A DNA stretch of 64,000 nt from an uncultured virus (IMG/VR IMGVR_UViG_3300047546_000414) (lineage: Duplodnaviria > Heunggongvirae > Uroviricota > Caudoviricetes): the IMG/VR virus record IMGVR_UViG_3300047546_000414; one strand, given 5' to 3'. Below, in pieces: positions 15,783 to 24,621 of this stretch. Numbering within the stretch: the first letter of the stretch is position 1; every line of letters begins with the position of its first letter. A program made the position numbers and the translations under genes. The notes below the pieces were generated by a model that saw only the letters and a program-made list of their open reading frames with translations, had not been told where the DNA came from and searched no databases.

Positions 15783-16379
15783 TTATTTGCCACAAGTTGG
15801 GCATTTGCCGTCTGCTGCAACAGCAGGTTTTGCTGTTCCACCAGATTTAAACTTTGGACGCCCAAATCCTACAATTGAAACCATTACATTTTTTTTGTTT
15901 TTCTTATAAGCACGTAGTTTCTTGCAGGCTTCTCCGCCATTTCTCTGGCTTCCTTTTTTACCGTCTGCAGTAGTATTTCCTTCAATACACCATACGGTCC
16001 CGTCTTCATTGTCCTCAATAACAATTCCGACATGAGAAATGCGGTCAACGCCATCAGAGGGGAAATCAAAATAGGCAATATCTCCTGGCTCAGGATCAGC
16101 AATATCTCCGTCAATCCAAGAGTTTGCTTTCTTAAATGCTGCTGCTCCTCCAGGTGTATATACTGTGTTTGGAATCTTGACTCCTGCTTCGTTTGCACAC
16201 CAATTTACAAAACTTCCACACCAAGGTTGGAAATTTGCCTTGGTGTACGCTCCATATTTTGTCTCGTTGTCTTTTGGTCCCTCAATGTATCCTACTTGAG
16301 ATTTTGCAACTTGAATTAAACGAGCAGCGGTTCCTGCGGGAGCCTTTGCTGTTTCTGCTGGTACTGGAAAATCTGTCAT
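15783..16379 (-). CDS. CHAP-domain endolysin
   Basis: QPWCGSFVNWC (catalytic Cys), PGDIAYF, SHVGIV (His) and IEGNT. Start trimmed to MTDFPVP. Confidence 0.85.
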   Translation of the reverse strand: MTDFPVPAETAKAPAGTAARLIQVAKSQVGYIEGPKDNETKYGAYTKANFQPWCGSFVNWCANEAGVKIPNTVYTPGGAAAFKKANSWIDGDIADPEPGDIAYFDFPSDGVDRISHVGIVIEDNEDGTVWCIEGNTTADGKKGSQRNGGEACKKLRAYKKNKKNVMVSIVGFGRPKFKSGGTAKPAVAADGKCPTCGK

Positions 16380-16380
16380 A

Positions 16381-16824
16381 TTAATCTTTATCCCAATCTG
16401 TATCAACTGGTTGTTCTGCTGGCATAGCACCATCTGGTTTGTTAGCAAGGCGTGCTCTTACTTCGTCTGCTTCAACGTCAGCTTTTAACTCGTTAATTGA
16501 TAATTCTGATTCAAGCTTCTTATCTGCTTGCGTATTCTTTGCATCCATCTCTTTGTTATCAAGTTGAGCTTTCATGATATCTTTAGCTCCTGATTGCCCA
16601 ATCAATAAACCTGCTAATGTTCCTGTAATAAATGTTGCAACTGATCCAAGAACATTGAAAAACATCTTATCGTTTTCTGATTGTGCTCCAATTGGTTGTG
16701 ATACAAAAAGCAGTCCGTATAGAATTCCTACTGATGTTAAAAACAAAATTGAACCTAGTGTTAATCCTAGGATAAACTTTAATCTTGCATCAAGATCTGC
16801 TGGGGTTAATCTTTCTTTAGCCAT
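16381..16824 (-). CDS. holin-like two-TM protein with C-terminal coiled coil
   Basis: Two TM helices. Directly upstream of the endolysin. Confidence 0.55.
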   Translation of the reverse strand: MAKERLTPADLDARLKFILGLTLGSILFLTSVGILYGLLFVSQPIGAQSENDKMFFNVLGSVATFITGTLAGLLIGQSGAKDIMKAQLDNKEMDAKNTQADKKLESELSINELKADVEADEVRARLANKPDGAMPAEQPVDTDWDKD

Positions 16825-17038
16825 TTTTTACCTTACTATTCTGATAGTCTGTCCATATTTTTTCACCAACAATATCCTTGCTGCATGTTCCTGTTGATTC
16901 ACAAATTGGAGGATTGCATTCTGCTTTATCCCAATTTGCTTGATCTTGACATGGGTAGCGGAAGCTACCTTGATAGCCGCATGATGTTAGCGCTAAGGCT
17001 AGCAGTACGGCTGATATTGAGGCTATAGTCTTTTTCAT
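16817..17038 (-). CDS. small Cys-rich lipoprotein
   Basis: Lipobox LTSC plus four further Cys. Leaderless promoter TGCTATAAT 6 nt upstream. Confidence 0.75.
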   Translation of the reverse strand: MKKTIASISAVLLALALTSCGYQGSFRYPCQDQANWDKAECNPPICESTGTCSKDIVGEKIWTDYQNSKVKNG

Positions 17039-17057
17039 ATTACTATTATAGCATTTG

Positions 17058-17130
17058 CGCCCCTGAAAGGAATCGAACCTCTGACGCAGGCCTTAGAAGA
17101 GCCTCGCTCTATCCGCTGAGCTACAAGGGC
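17058..17130 (-). tRNA. tRNA-Arg(UCU)
   Basis: GCCCTTG...CAGGGGC-G, anticodon arm AGGCT-CTTCTAA-GGCCT, T-loop GTTCGATTC. Confidence 0.93.
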
Positions 17131-17132
17131 AT

Positions 17133-17230
17133 GAATAAAGGCCAACTTTCGTCAGCCTTTATCCGTAACCATAATCATCCTAAAGTAGCGAGCCCGAATG
17201 CGTAGGGGGGTTAGCGCCTACAGGATAATT
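17133..17230 (-). ncRNA. putative structured non-coding RNA upstream of tRNA-Arg
   Basis: GC-rich non-coding island after a TATAAT box. Closing stem ATCCT/AGGAT, inner hairpin GTAGG/CCTAC, loop TAACC complementary to downstream GGTTA, then a 14-bp GAAA-capped hairpin. Confidence 0.5.
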
Positions 17231-17241
17231 ATATTACATAA

Positions 17242-17490
17242 TTAATTAAAAATCTTTTTAGTTCTCTTAACGCAATTGGGAACTTTTTTGCCACCTTTAT
17301 TTTTCCAACCGATCATTTCATATCCATCCCAGCATGGGTTGGCTTTTTCTGTAACGTTGGCATAAAGAGCTTTCATGTGCGCTGTTGCAGCAGTTTTACT
17401 AGCATGGCATCCAACCAATTCTCCAGTATCTTCTTTAACTACTGCATAACCTTTGCATCCAGCAGCACCTTGTTCAACTTTCCAGGGCAT
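17242..17490 (-). CDS. small Cys-containing hypothetical protein
   Basis: GCH...ALYAN segment followed by a CWDGYEMIG...KVPNCV module. Confidence 0.7.
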   Translation of the reverse strand: MPWKVEQGAAGCKGYAVVKEDTGELVGCHASKTAATAHMKALYANVTEKANPCWDGYEMIGWKNKGGKKVPNCVKRTKKIFN

Positions 17491-17499
17491 AATTACCTC

Positions 17500-17811
17500 C
17501 TAATTATTTGGAATATCTTTTTCAAAATCTGTTGGAATGAGTCCATGTTGTTTTGCAACTTCCATTCCTTCTTCACTTAAAGAAAATGTTGCTTCCAGAT
17601 TGTCGTCATATTCTACTTTCATAAGCCCAGCTTTATATAAACCAATCAAAGTTTCATCAATATGATTCATGTGTGCAGCCCATAGTTCTGGGGCAAGTTC
17701 TTTTGCCGCTTCTGTTATCTGCAAGATGAACTCTCCGCTTTCATCTACGCCAACAACCTCTATAGCGCCTATCTCTATATAACGATCTAAATCTGGCATA
17801 TTGTTTTCCAT
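17500..17811 (-). CDS. hypothetical protein (possible winged-helix)
   Basis: Acidic. LYKAGL..VEY...LSEEG pattern. SD AGGAG. Confidence 0.65.
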   Translation of the reverse strand: MENNMPDLDRYIEIGAIEVVGVDESGEFILQITEAAKELAPELWAAHMNHIDETLIGLYKAGLMKVEYDDNLEATFSLSEEGMEVAKQHGLIPTDFEKDIPNN

Positions 17812-17822
17812 TTCTCTCCTTG

Positions 17823-17896
17823 TGTGGCAAGTAGGACTTGAACCTACGATTGCCGAATTATGAGTTCGGGGCTTTGACCAACTAAGCTATTGCCAC
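17823..17896 (-). tRNA. tRNA with CAU anticodon (probably Ile2, otherwise elongator Met)
   Basis: GTGGCAA...TTGCCAC-A, anticodon arm CCGAA-CTCATAA-TTCGG. Paired 1-72 and no GGG/CCC anticodon stem, so not an initiator. Confidence 0.88.
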
Positions 17897-17904
17897 GTTG
17901 GTAC

Positions 17905-17934
17905 ATTATAACGTTTCCGAACTAATATTGTCAA
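17905..17934 (-). promoter_or_regulatory. consensus promoter for tRNA(CAU)
   Basis: TTGACA-N18-TATAAT, 8 nt upstream of the tRNA. Confidence 0.8.
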
Positions 17935-18157
17935 TAGATGTTTCTACAACCTGTTGTACATATTCAGAAAAATGTTTTCTAATATTTCCAGCTGGCCTAG
18001 AACCAACTTGCTTCCATATCCTAGTATACTCTAATATGTTTGCATATGTAGTTGGACATACCATGATTCCATTAAATTCTCTTAAAACAGTAGGCAATGG
18101 GACATGTTTTCCACAGCACTTACACTCTTTTGCTCTTTCTTGATATAGATTTGTCAT
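17906..18157 (-). CDS. hypothetical Cys-containing protein
   Basis: CKCC...CPT. ATGA-coupled to terL. Confidence 0.65.
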   Translation of the reverse strand: MTNLYQERAKECKCCGKHVPLPTVLREFNGIMVCPTTYANILEYTRIWKQVGSRPAGNIRKHFSEYVQQVVETSIDNISSETL

Positions 18158-19950
18158 AGCATCATCATTCTTCCTATTGCATCCTGTAAATCATTTGGCA
18201 TAGCCTTTGGAGGCTTTATAAGGTTTATTGCCTCTTCTTTTTGCTCCCCAAAATCTGCTTTATAACTCATTGATTCATAAGTATGAATCTCTACTTCTTC
18301 ATTATTGTCAAACCTGCTCCTGCTAATTGTGTTAAATATTGAACCACAGACAGCATCGGCCAAGTCTTTAGAACCTTTTCTTGGGTGATCTACCTTATCA
18401 CGCATAATCTTTAACTGCAATAATTCATCAATAAGCAGCGGTATATGTGGACCGCTCAATCTTTCTTCAAGCACAACCATTGCCATGTCATCATAATGCT
18501 TTTTTGCAACGGATAAAATTTCTGTATTAATTCCATATGTTTTTAACTGCTGCATCATATCGTGAGAATTCCATCTATCAAATGTGCATATTCTAATTCT
18601 GAATCCTCTTGTTTTTAACGCAAGAATGTAGTCTTTAACTTCAGTAAAATCAACTGATTTATCTGGGGTTGGTGTCCAGAACCTTACAGCGTCTACTTCT
18701 ACAACTGGGGCTGGCTGAGAGTATGTGTCAGTAACCTTTACGTTTACCCATTTATTAACATGAGACATTGCTACTGCACAATGGTCATGTTTTTGAGCTA
18801 GGTCAACATGGATAAAGTATTCTTTTTCTGGATCTGGGATAAACCATTCTTCAAGTCTTCCAAAGCTGTCTACTGCAAGGTGGGCTTTATTAAAAGCTTT
18901 TTCAACCTTTTCTCTTGATTTAAAAAATGCATCAACCATTTCTGGTGGCATACATGCAAATCTACCAAGGGCATCTAATCCGTTTTTATAAAAAGGAATT
19001 TTAAAATCTTCTAAAGATCTTGTAGGATTAATCTCCCATGTCGGTCTTTTAATTGCAAAAACTTTAGGGACTTTATATGAAATAATGTTATCCTCTTCCC
19101 ATTCAATTTCAAATTCATTACCCTCAACTCCGTCTGGCAAATCAACGTCCATCTTAAACTTATGTTTTTTAATTATGGTTTCTTTTTCAGCAATGACATT
19201 TTCATAAAATTTTTGTATTGGATCTCCCTTAAATCTAGGGAAAGACAAAAGAATTACTTTTCCAAAGTCAGGGAAACGAGAATCTACGGAACCTCTATAC
19301 ATTTCATATATAGCATCAGCAGTTTTTGCTTGGTCATGACCAGTAGTATTTTCAATAGAGAATCCAGAAATTTCATCAAGGACAACTACTATTACGTTAT
19401 ATCCTTCCCATGCTTCTCTTTCTGAGTGTCCAGAATGTACTGTTATGCCTTTATCAAATTTAATTTCAGAAGCTTTTTCTGTATACTTGCCAACAAACCA
19501 AGGGGATTTGCTAATTCTTGTTCTAAATCCTTTGAAGAAAACATTGTTTGCCTGTTGTGCGTTAATAGCAATATTTAAAATATCTATTGAGTCGCCAGAT
19601 GGTTTTCCATAGTATGTAGCAGGATCTTTAAGAGAAAGAAGTAAATAAACTATGTATGCTACAGATATAGTTGAACAATAATCTTTTCCGCTACCTTTGC
19701 CCAACTGTGCAATAACTTCATTACATGTTTGTTTAAATCTACGCTGTCCTTCTGTCTCTCCAAAAAGTTTTATTAGTGTTGACTCTTTGTAGATCTGGCT
19801 GCTCTTCTCAATGAGTGTATACTGGTGCTCCGAAAGTGGAGGGAGGCCAAGGTAATTTGGTGACGTAACAAATGTTCGTAAATCGACTGGTCTTTCATCA
19901 AATTCCTCTCCGTCTAGGATATCAATGAGATCATTAAAATTAAGATCCAC
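18154..19950 (-). CDS. terL: terminase large subunit
   Basis: Walker A GKGSGKD, Walker B VVVLDE, coupling motif LLSFP, nuclease HVDLAQKHD...TFDRW...SKDLADA. Confidence 0.88.
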   Translation of the reverse strand: MDLNFNDLIDILDGEEFDERPVDLRTFVTSPNYLGLPPLSEHQYTLIEKSSQIYKESTLIKLFGETEGQRRFKQTCNEVIAQLGKGSGKDYCSTISVAYIVYLLLSLKDPATYYGKPSGDSIDILNIAINAQQANNVFFKGFRTRISKSPWFVGKYTEKASEIKFDKGITVHSGHSEREAWEGYNVIVVVLDEISGFSIENTTGHDQAKTADAIYEMYRGSVDSRFPDFGKVILLSFPRFKGDPIQKFYENVIAEKETIIKKHKFKMDVDLPDGVEGNEFEIEWEEDNIISYKVPKVFAIKRPTWEINPTRSLEDFKIPFYKNGLDALGRFACMPPEMVDAFFKSREKVEKAFNKAHLAVDSFGRLEEWFIPDPEKEYFIHVDLAQKHDHCAVAMSHVNKWVNVKVTDTYSQPAPVVEVDAVRFWTPTPDKSVDFTEVKDYILALKTRGFRIRICTFDRWNSHDMMQQLKTYGINTEILSVAKKHYDDMAMVVLEERLSGPHIPLLIDELLQLKIMRDKVDHPRKGSKDLADAVCGSIFNTISRSRFDNNEEVEIHTYESMSYKADFGEQKEEAINLIKPPKAMPNDLQDAIGRMMML

Positions 19951-20479
19951 TGGCTTCCTCTGTATTTATAACTACTGGCTCAACAACTCCTGTTATTTGA
20001 GAAAGTCTTTTAGCAACATCCATTTTGCACTTAGGGCATGATGCCGTAACTTCTTTTAATATACCAACAAGAATTTCTTGCTTCTTTTCTGTTTCTGCAA
20101 TTTGCCCAGCAAGTTCTGCGTTATCCAACAAACCAACCTGCTGTAGCATGCCAATTCTTTTTGTTTCTATGTCTGCAATAAGTTTAAGAGAGTTGGCCTT
20201 AACATTTAGTTGGCCTTGTCTATCTGCCTCTTCAACGGTGTTCCAGGCTTCTTTAATAAGCATTGCATAATGCTGATCCGCTCCAGAGATAGCTTCTTTT
20301 GCACGTTCTCTAGAACTTTGATCATTGTGTACGACATTTTTCCACTCATCAATTAGTTCAACAACTTCTGCCCTTTTAAATCCAGTTATTGTTGCTATCT
20401 GAGTTGGATTATTGCCTTTAAGTAGTTCTGAAACTACTTTATTCATGCGATCAAAATGATCAGCTAATTCGATTTCCAT
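19940..20479 (-). CDS. HTH/coiled-coil protein, probable terminase small subunit
   Basis: N-terminal HTH (PTQIATITGFKRAEV). Immediately upstream of terL. Confidence 0.6.
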   Translation of the reverse strand: MEIELADHFDRMNKVVSELLKGNNPTQIATITGFKRAEVVELIDEWKNVVHNDQSSRERAKEAISGADQHYAMLIKEAWNTVEEADRQGQLNVKANSLKLIADIETKRIGMLQQVGLLDNAELAGQIAETEKKQEILVGILKEVTASCPKCKMDVAKRLSQITGVVEPVVINTEEASGS

Positions 20480-20486
20480 ATGTATT

Positions 20487-20515
20487 ATTATACTTCTAGT
20501 CGACTAAAATATCAA
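20487..20515 (-). promoter_or_regulatory. promoter for the terminase genes (leaderless)
   Basis: TTGATA-N17-TATAAT with ATG 7 nt downstream. Confidence 0.7.
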
Positions 20516-20841
20516 CTTGATTTTGATTTGGCAATTTTTAATAGAACTAAATAGCCAATTAAATCATCAATATCATTATCTCCTGGGTAATCTGTACCCT
20601 TCATAAGTCTATTTAATTTATCATCAATGCGAACATGTAATTGTTCTCTTGGCCCCGCCTTTGAAAATATACGTACAGGATCAAGAGCTGAGTTTCCATA
20701 CGCAATATTCTTTTTAACCAACATGTGTGCAATTTCATGGCAAGTCTGCCAAATTTCTTGACCTGCTTCAGTACCAACTGTTAGCAAATATAAATCCTGG
20801 CATTCAAAATTTTTTGAATCTGGAAATACTGGTTCTAGCAT
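20512..20841 (-). CDS. DUF1599 / nucleotide-modification-associated domain 1-like protein
   Basis: KKNIAYGNS...RIDDKLNRL...DDLIGYLVL. Confidence 0.75.
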   Translation of the reverse strand: MLEPVFPDSKNFECQDLYLLTVGTEAGQEIWQTCHEIAHMLVKKNIAYGNSALDPVRIFSKAGPREQLHVRIDDKLNRLMKGTDYPGDNDIDDLIGYLVLLKIAKSKSS

Positions 20842-20987
20842 TACCGCCTCCTTATTAGTCCAAATTGTTCTAAATATCTTTGTATTGTCATAGCAGAAAC
20901 TTTACATTCTGCTGCTATTTCTGTAACTGTTTTCTTTTGAACTACATATCTTCTATATAGCCAATCTTTGCTTTGATATAGTTTCAT
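20841..20987 (-). CDS. small HTH DNA-binding protein (48 aa)
   Basis: MKLYQSKDWLYRRYVVQKKTVTEIAAECKVSAMTIQRYLEQFGL, coupled at both ends. Not in the track. Confidence 0.75.
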   Translation of the reverse strand: MKLYQSKDWLYRRYVVQKKTVTEIAAECKVSAMTIQRYLEQFGLIRRR

Positions 20988-21550
20988 CGTTCTGTCAACA
21001 CCGTATTAGAATAGTGGGCAATACCAAAAGCGTCTGCTACATCAAAATCATCTAAAGACAGACTGTATTTTTTATTAAAGTAATCTACAGTCCTTTGTTT
21101 TCTGATTTCCCGCATTTTTGCTTTGTACCACGAATCAGCATGTCCTGGATTTTCAAACCTAAGTTTGTCTTTCTCCAACTTTGTTGGGTTTTTATTTCCA
21201 ATATGTGCCTGCCAAGATGTAGGAGATATAGTAATAACACGAGCACCAGTAGACATAAGCTCAGCAATGACGACACCGTATACATAGGATAATTTTATCA
21301 CAGCATCTGGCGATTTGACAAATACTGCACCCTCAACAACAATATAATCTGCACTTAATTCATTTAACATTGCATTCATTTTTCTTTTAGCATCATAGAT
21401 TTTTTCATAAATGTCTTGACCATGCAATTCTAATTTGCCCCATTTAATTGGCACATTATTATCCATTAGACAAAATGCTATTGAATTTGTTGATGCATCA
21501 ATTCCCAAAACTCTGACTGCTTTTGATTTAACTAGATCAGCTAATCCCAT
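20984..21550 (-). CDS. ruvC: RuvC-like Holliday junction resolvase
   Basis: VLGIDAS, IVVEG, DDFDVADAFGIA acidic residues. Confidence 0.85.
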   Translation of the reverse strand: MGLADLVKSKAVRVLGIDASTNSIAFCLMDNNVPIKWGKLELHGQDIYEKIYDAKRKMNAMLNELSADYIVVEGAVFVKSPDAVIKLSYVYGVVIAELMSTGARVITISPTSWQAHIGNKNPTKLEKDKLRFENPGHADSWYKAKMREIRKQRTVDYFNKKYSLSLDDFDVADAFGIAHYSNTVLTER

Positions 21551-21815
21551 CTAACATCTCCTTAAGCTTTTTACGAGTTTCTTTTTTCTCTTTATCTATA
21601 CAAACAGTGCATATTGATTTTTCTGTATATCTACTTAACTGTGCTCCACATAACTTACATCCACGTTTTGCGCCATTTCTAATTGCTTTCTTTTCATAAT
21701 ACTTTTCCATAATTCTTTTATTTGTTGCAATGCGGCAGCACTCGTCAGAACAATACTTTTGATTATGTGTTTTAGGTGAAAATTCTTTTTTGCAATCTGA
21801 ATTAGCGCAAATCAT
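21537..21815 (-). CDS. Zn-finger hypothetical protein
   Basis: C-x4-C...YCSDEC, CxxC and CxxC. Confidence 0.7.
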   Translation of the reverse strand: MICANSDCKKEFSPKTHNQKYCSDECCRIATNKRIMEKYYEKKAIRNGAKRGCKLCGAQLSRYTEKSICTVCIDKEKKETRKKLKEMLDGIS

Positions 21816-22600
21816 TATGCTTTTACCCCCATAGGAGATATCTCAATTGAACCAATGTCTGCAGTTTTAGACCAACAGTCTTTTTTAATTGGACAATATT
21901 TACAAGGCGACTTTGTTTTTGTGTAGCCTTCTGGTCTAATTGGCATGTCTCCTTCTTTAAAATTATCCCAAACCAGTTTTAACCACTCAAAAAGATCTTC
22001 GATTATCTTTTCATTTTTAGCATTCATTTCTATAGGCATAATAAGAATTTCTTGAGTATTCTTATTTTCATATAGCAAGAACCCTTCTTTTGCCCCTGTG
22101 AGTTTCATGTATGTAAGAAGCTGAAATAGGTGATTTTCTGAAGGCTTCATCTCTGCTTGCCTTGTGTCCCACACTTCCTGCTTTGCTGTTTTAATTTCTC
22201 CAATAACAGTTTCACCATCATAGCTCATAACAAGATCCATGAACCCTCTAATTGGTGGGTATTCGTTTTTGATTTCTCTTTCTTCTTCAACAAACTCTGG
22301 GAATGTTTTAATTAGATCTTGCAATCTTCTATGCGATTGAGTTCCAACAGACATGTTAGCAACATTTGTTGCACTATTTTCATCTATAAAATATGCACCA
22401 CTAAAAGCCATATACCAATATCTTGGACAATTTCCATGACCATATCCAAAACTACTAGGACTAAAAGAATACTTAGTCATCTCTCCGTCTTGTCTTTTGG
22501 TAGCAAGGTAGGCCTCGTCTAGTCTTTTTCCAAATGCGGCAGCGTCAAACTTACCATTATATTTTTTAAACTTTAAATTACTAATGATATCTTTTGCCAT
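21815..22600 (-). CDS. Cas4-like PD-(D/E)XK exonuclease
   Basis: SPSS...CPR, GFMD, EIKT, QLLTY and C-terminal CKYCPIKKDC (Fe-S staple pattern). Confidence 0.85.
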   Translation of the reverse strand: MAKDIISNLKFKKYNGKFDAAAFGKRLDEAYLATKRQDGEMTKYSFSPSSFGYGHGNCPRYWYMAFSGAYFIDENSATNVANMSVGTQSHRRLQDLIKTFPEFVEEEREIKNEYPPIRGFMDLVMSYDGETVIGEIKTAKQEVWDTRQAEMKPSENHLFQLLTYMKLTGAKEGFLLYENKNTQEILIMPIEMNAKNEKIIEDLFEWLKLVWDNFKEGDMPIRPEGYTKTKSPCKYCPIKKDCWSKTADIGSIEISPMGVKA

Positions 22601-22935
22601 TATATGCTGTACCTAGCCGAATACTTAAGAGCATCAACAAGTCTATCTGTTGCTTCTTTTACAGAATAATATATATTCTTCTTGTTATTATTTACTGTTC
22701 CAGCCTTATCTTTTGCAATTGTTGAATAATAAGATGCAAGAATTGCAAGCTTTGCGCTGATTGCTTGTAATTCAATAATTAACATAGGTGCTTTTGCAGA
22801 TGGAACTTCTGGCTTCATAATCAATTTAACAAGAATCTCTAGAGCTCTATCTAGCTGTTCATCTTTCATAAACTCATGTAGATCATTAAACTCTGTTATT
22901 TCGCTTATTAATTCTAACGGACTTTTATCGCTCAT
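22600..22935 (-). CDS. hypothetical helical protein
   Basis: Start trimmed to MSDKSP (ATGA overlap with the XapX-like ORF). Confidence 0.65.
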   Translation of the reverse strand: MSDKSPLELISEITEFNDLHEFMKDEQLDRALEILVKLIMKPEVPSAKAPMLIIELQAISAKLAILASYYSTIAKDKAGTVNNNKKNIYYSVKEATDRLVDALKYSARYSI

Positions 22936-23093
22936 AGAAATAACCTTTGCACCATTCCATAACCAAGCCACAATCCAAATATACCCATTAGTCCAGCAAA
23001 TACTGGTGGCGCTGGAACTGGCAATTTAAATGCGGCAAACACTGCTCCTACACCTGCTCCAGTTAGCGTAGTCATAATAATTTCTTTAATCAT
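22932..23093 (-). CDS. XapX/DUF1427-family small membrane protein (53 aa)
   Basis: MIKEIIMTTLTGAGVGAVFAAFKLPVPAPPVFAGLMGIFGLWLGY (LPxPAPP signature). Not in the track. Confidence 0.8.
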   Translation of the reverse strand: MIKEIIMTTLTGAGVGAVFAAFKLPVPAPPVFAGLMGIFGLWLGYGMVQRLFL

Positions 23094-23394
23094 TGTTTTC
23101 CTCCCAACAGTTAATTAACTGCTCTAATAATGTCCATTCAATTACTGCAAGCCTTGTCTTTGGCCCTTCTCCGCCAAGTATAAGCTTTAAAACAGGCATC
23201 TTGTCTCTGCTTACTTTAAATGTATCAGTACAAATTTTTGCCCAAATATCTGTAGAAATAGATATAGACTTTTCATACTCTTTATAATCTACAACAAAAT
23301 CTTTCCATGAGGCATCACCCTTTTGATATTTTCCTCTACCAGAATTTTTGTGACCTTTTGCGTTGTCTCTTTTAATTTCTCTTCGTTCAGACAT
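23086..23394 (-). CDS. Holliday-junction-resolvase-like PD-(D/E)XK protein
   Basis: E...NSGRG..KGD....FVVDYKE pattern. Confidence 0.65.
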   Translation of the reverse strand: MSERREIKRDNAKGHKNSGRGKYQKGDASWKDFVVDYKEYEKSISISTDIWAKICTDTFKVSRDKMPVLKLILGGEGPKTRLAVIEWTLLEQLINCWEENND

Positions 23395-23603
23395 TATTTA
23401 AAAGGAACTGATGAAACATGGCCTAAAGGACATGTCCAGACCAGCTTTTCCTCCTTATGCTTAAAAAATGCAGTATTTAATTCAGCATTACATTCTTGAC
23501 ACATAAAAGATCCACCAACTACTGGAATATCTTCATCAATATACATCTCTGTGTTTTTTGATTCTGGCTCTTTGTTTGTCAAAAAATCATTAAGATCTGG
23601 CAT
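23394..23603 (-). CDS. zinc-ribbon hypothetical protein
   Basis: CQEC...WTCPLGH. Confidence 0.7.
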   Translation of the reverse strand: MPDLNDFLTNKEPESKNTEMYIDEDIPVVGGSFMCQECNAELNTAFFKHKEEKLVWTCPLGHVSSVPFK

Positions 23604-24588
23604 ATATTTTCTCCCTTAAATCATTGACTACTTCTTCATTAGATTTAAGGTATTCTAATGCCTTAGCACGACCTTGAAATCTTTCTTTACCAATTGTGTA
23701 CCATGCTCCACCTTTTTCTATGAGCCCGTACATTTCTGCAACATCTAAGGTTTCGCCAATTTGGTCTATACCAATAGCTTCCCCTTGGTAATAAAAGTCG
23801 TATTGTCCTGATAAATTTGGGGGGCCTTGTTTGTTGTAATCAATAATCCAATTAACTGGTCTTCCGACTCTCTGTTCGATAATTTTGTCGCCAACTTTAA
23901 CGCCAGCTTTAATAGCATTAGCTTCAGCCTCAGAAGACCAGAGCTTAACGACGGTTGTAGAAAAGAACTTAACTGCCATGCCACCTGTGGGGATGTGACT
24001 AGCATGCATAGATCCAAACTGATTTCGTTGCTGTGAGATGAGAACAAGTAATGTGTTTTTGTTTGCATAATTTAACATTTTGACCGCATGGGTCATATCC
24101 TTTGCTTCTGCTCCAATTTGTTTTGTATCTTCTAACTTTTTTAAGTCAGTGCTATCTTTTTCAAAATAGATGGCTGGTAGCAAAGCCGAGATTGAATCAA
24201 CAACAATGATGTCAACATTTGCTTCCATTAACTGTGTTGCAACATCAACCATGTCATTAACTGATTTTGCTGGAGAATAAATAAGCTTTGAAGAATCAAC
24301 GCCAAGTTTATTTGCCCATTCTGGATCATAAGAGTCTTCTGCATCAATCCAAGCACAAGTTTTGCCTTCTTTTTGTGCCATACCAATCATTTGTAAACAA
24401 AATGATGATTTACCTGCAGATTTGTTTCCCCAAACAAGAACTTGTCTTCCATAACCAAATCCGCCTTTAAGGGCAAGAGAAAGTCCTATGCTTGGAGTTT
24501 TTTGTTTTTGATTGTCTACTTCTGTTGCAATTTGTACTCTTTTACGAGTTTTTGGGTCTAAGCCCGCTAATATTTCTTCTATTTCCAT
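23590..24588 (-). CDS. recA: RecA-like recombinase
   Basis: GNKSAGKSS Walker A, WIDAE, IVVDSI, ISQQR, PTGGMAVKFF and GGAWY. Confidence 0.92.
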   Translation of the reverse strand: MEIEEILAGLDPKTRKRVQIATEVDNQKQKTPSIGLSLALKGGFGYGRQVLVWGNKSAGKSSFCLQMIGMAQKEGKTCAWIDAEDSYDPEWANKLGVDSSKLIYSPAKSVNDMVDVATQLMEANVDIIVVDSISALLPAIYFEKDSTDLKKLEDTKQIGAEAKDMTHAVKMLNYANKNTLLVLISQQRNQFGSMHASHIPTGGMAVKFFSTTVVKLWSSEAEANAIKAGVKVGDKIIEQRVGRPVNWIIDYNKQGPPNLSGQYDFYYQGEAIGIDQIGETLDVAEMYGLIEKGGAWYTIGKERFQGRAKALEYLKSNEEVVNDLREKIYARS

Positions 24589-24621
24589 TTAAACTCTTTC
24601 CGTGATCCATATAGTATACCA

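Noticed and set aside
15783..16448. Longer track starts for the endolysin, whiB, DUF2061 and dnaE
   Set aside because: The extensions overlap upstream genes. Downstream ATGs give coupled starts and family-typical N-termini.
17133..17230. Assignment of the pre-tRNA-Arg RNA as an HDV-like (theta) ribozyme
   Set aside because: It lies 5' of the tRNA rather than 3', and I could not fit the nested double pseudoknot. Left unassigned.
21815..22600. Cas4-like gene as evidence of a CRISPR-Cas system
   Set aside because: No repeat-spacer array or other cas genes were seen. It sits with RecA and RuvC, as stand-alone phage exonucleases do.
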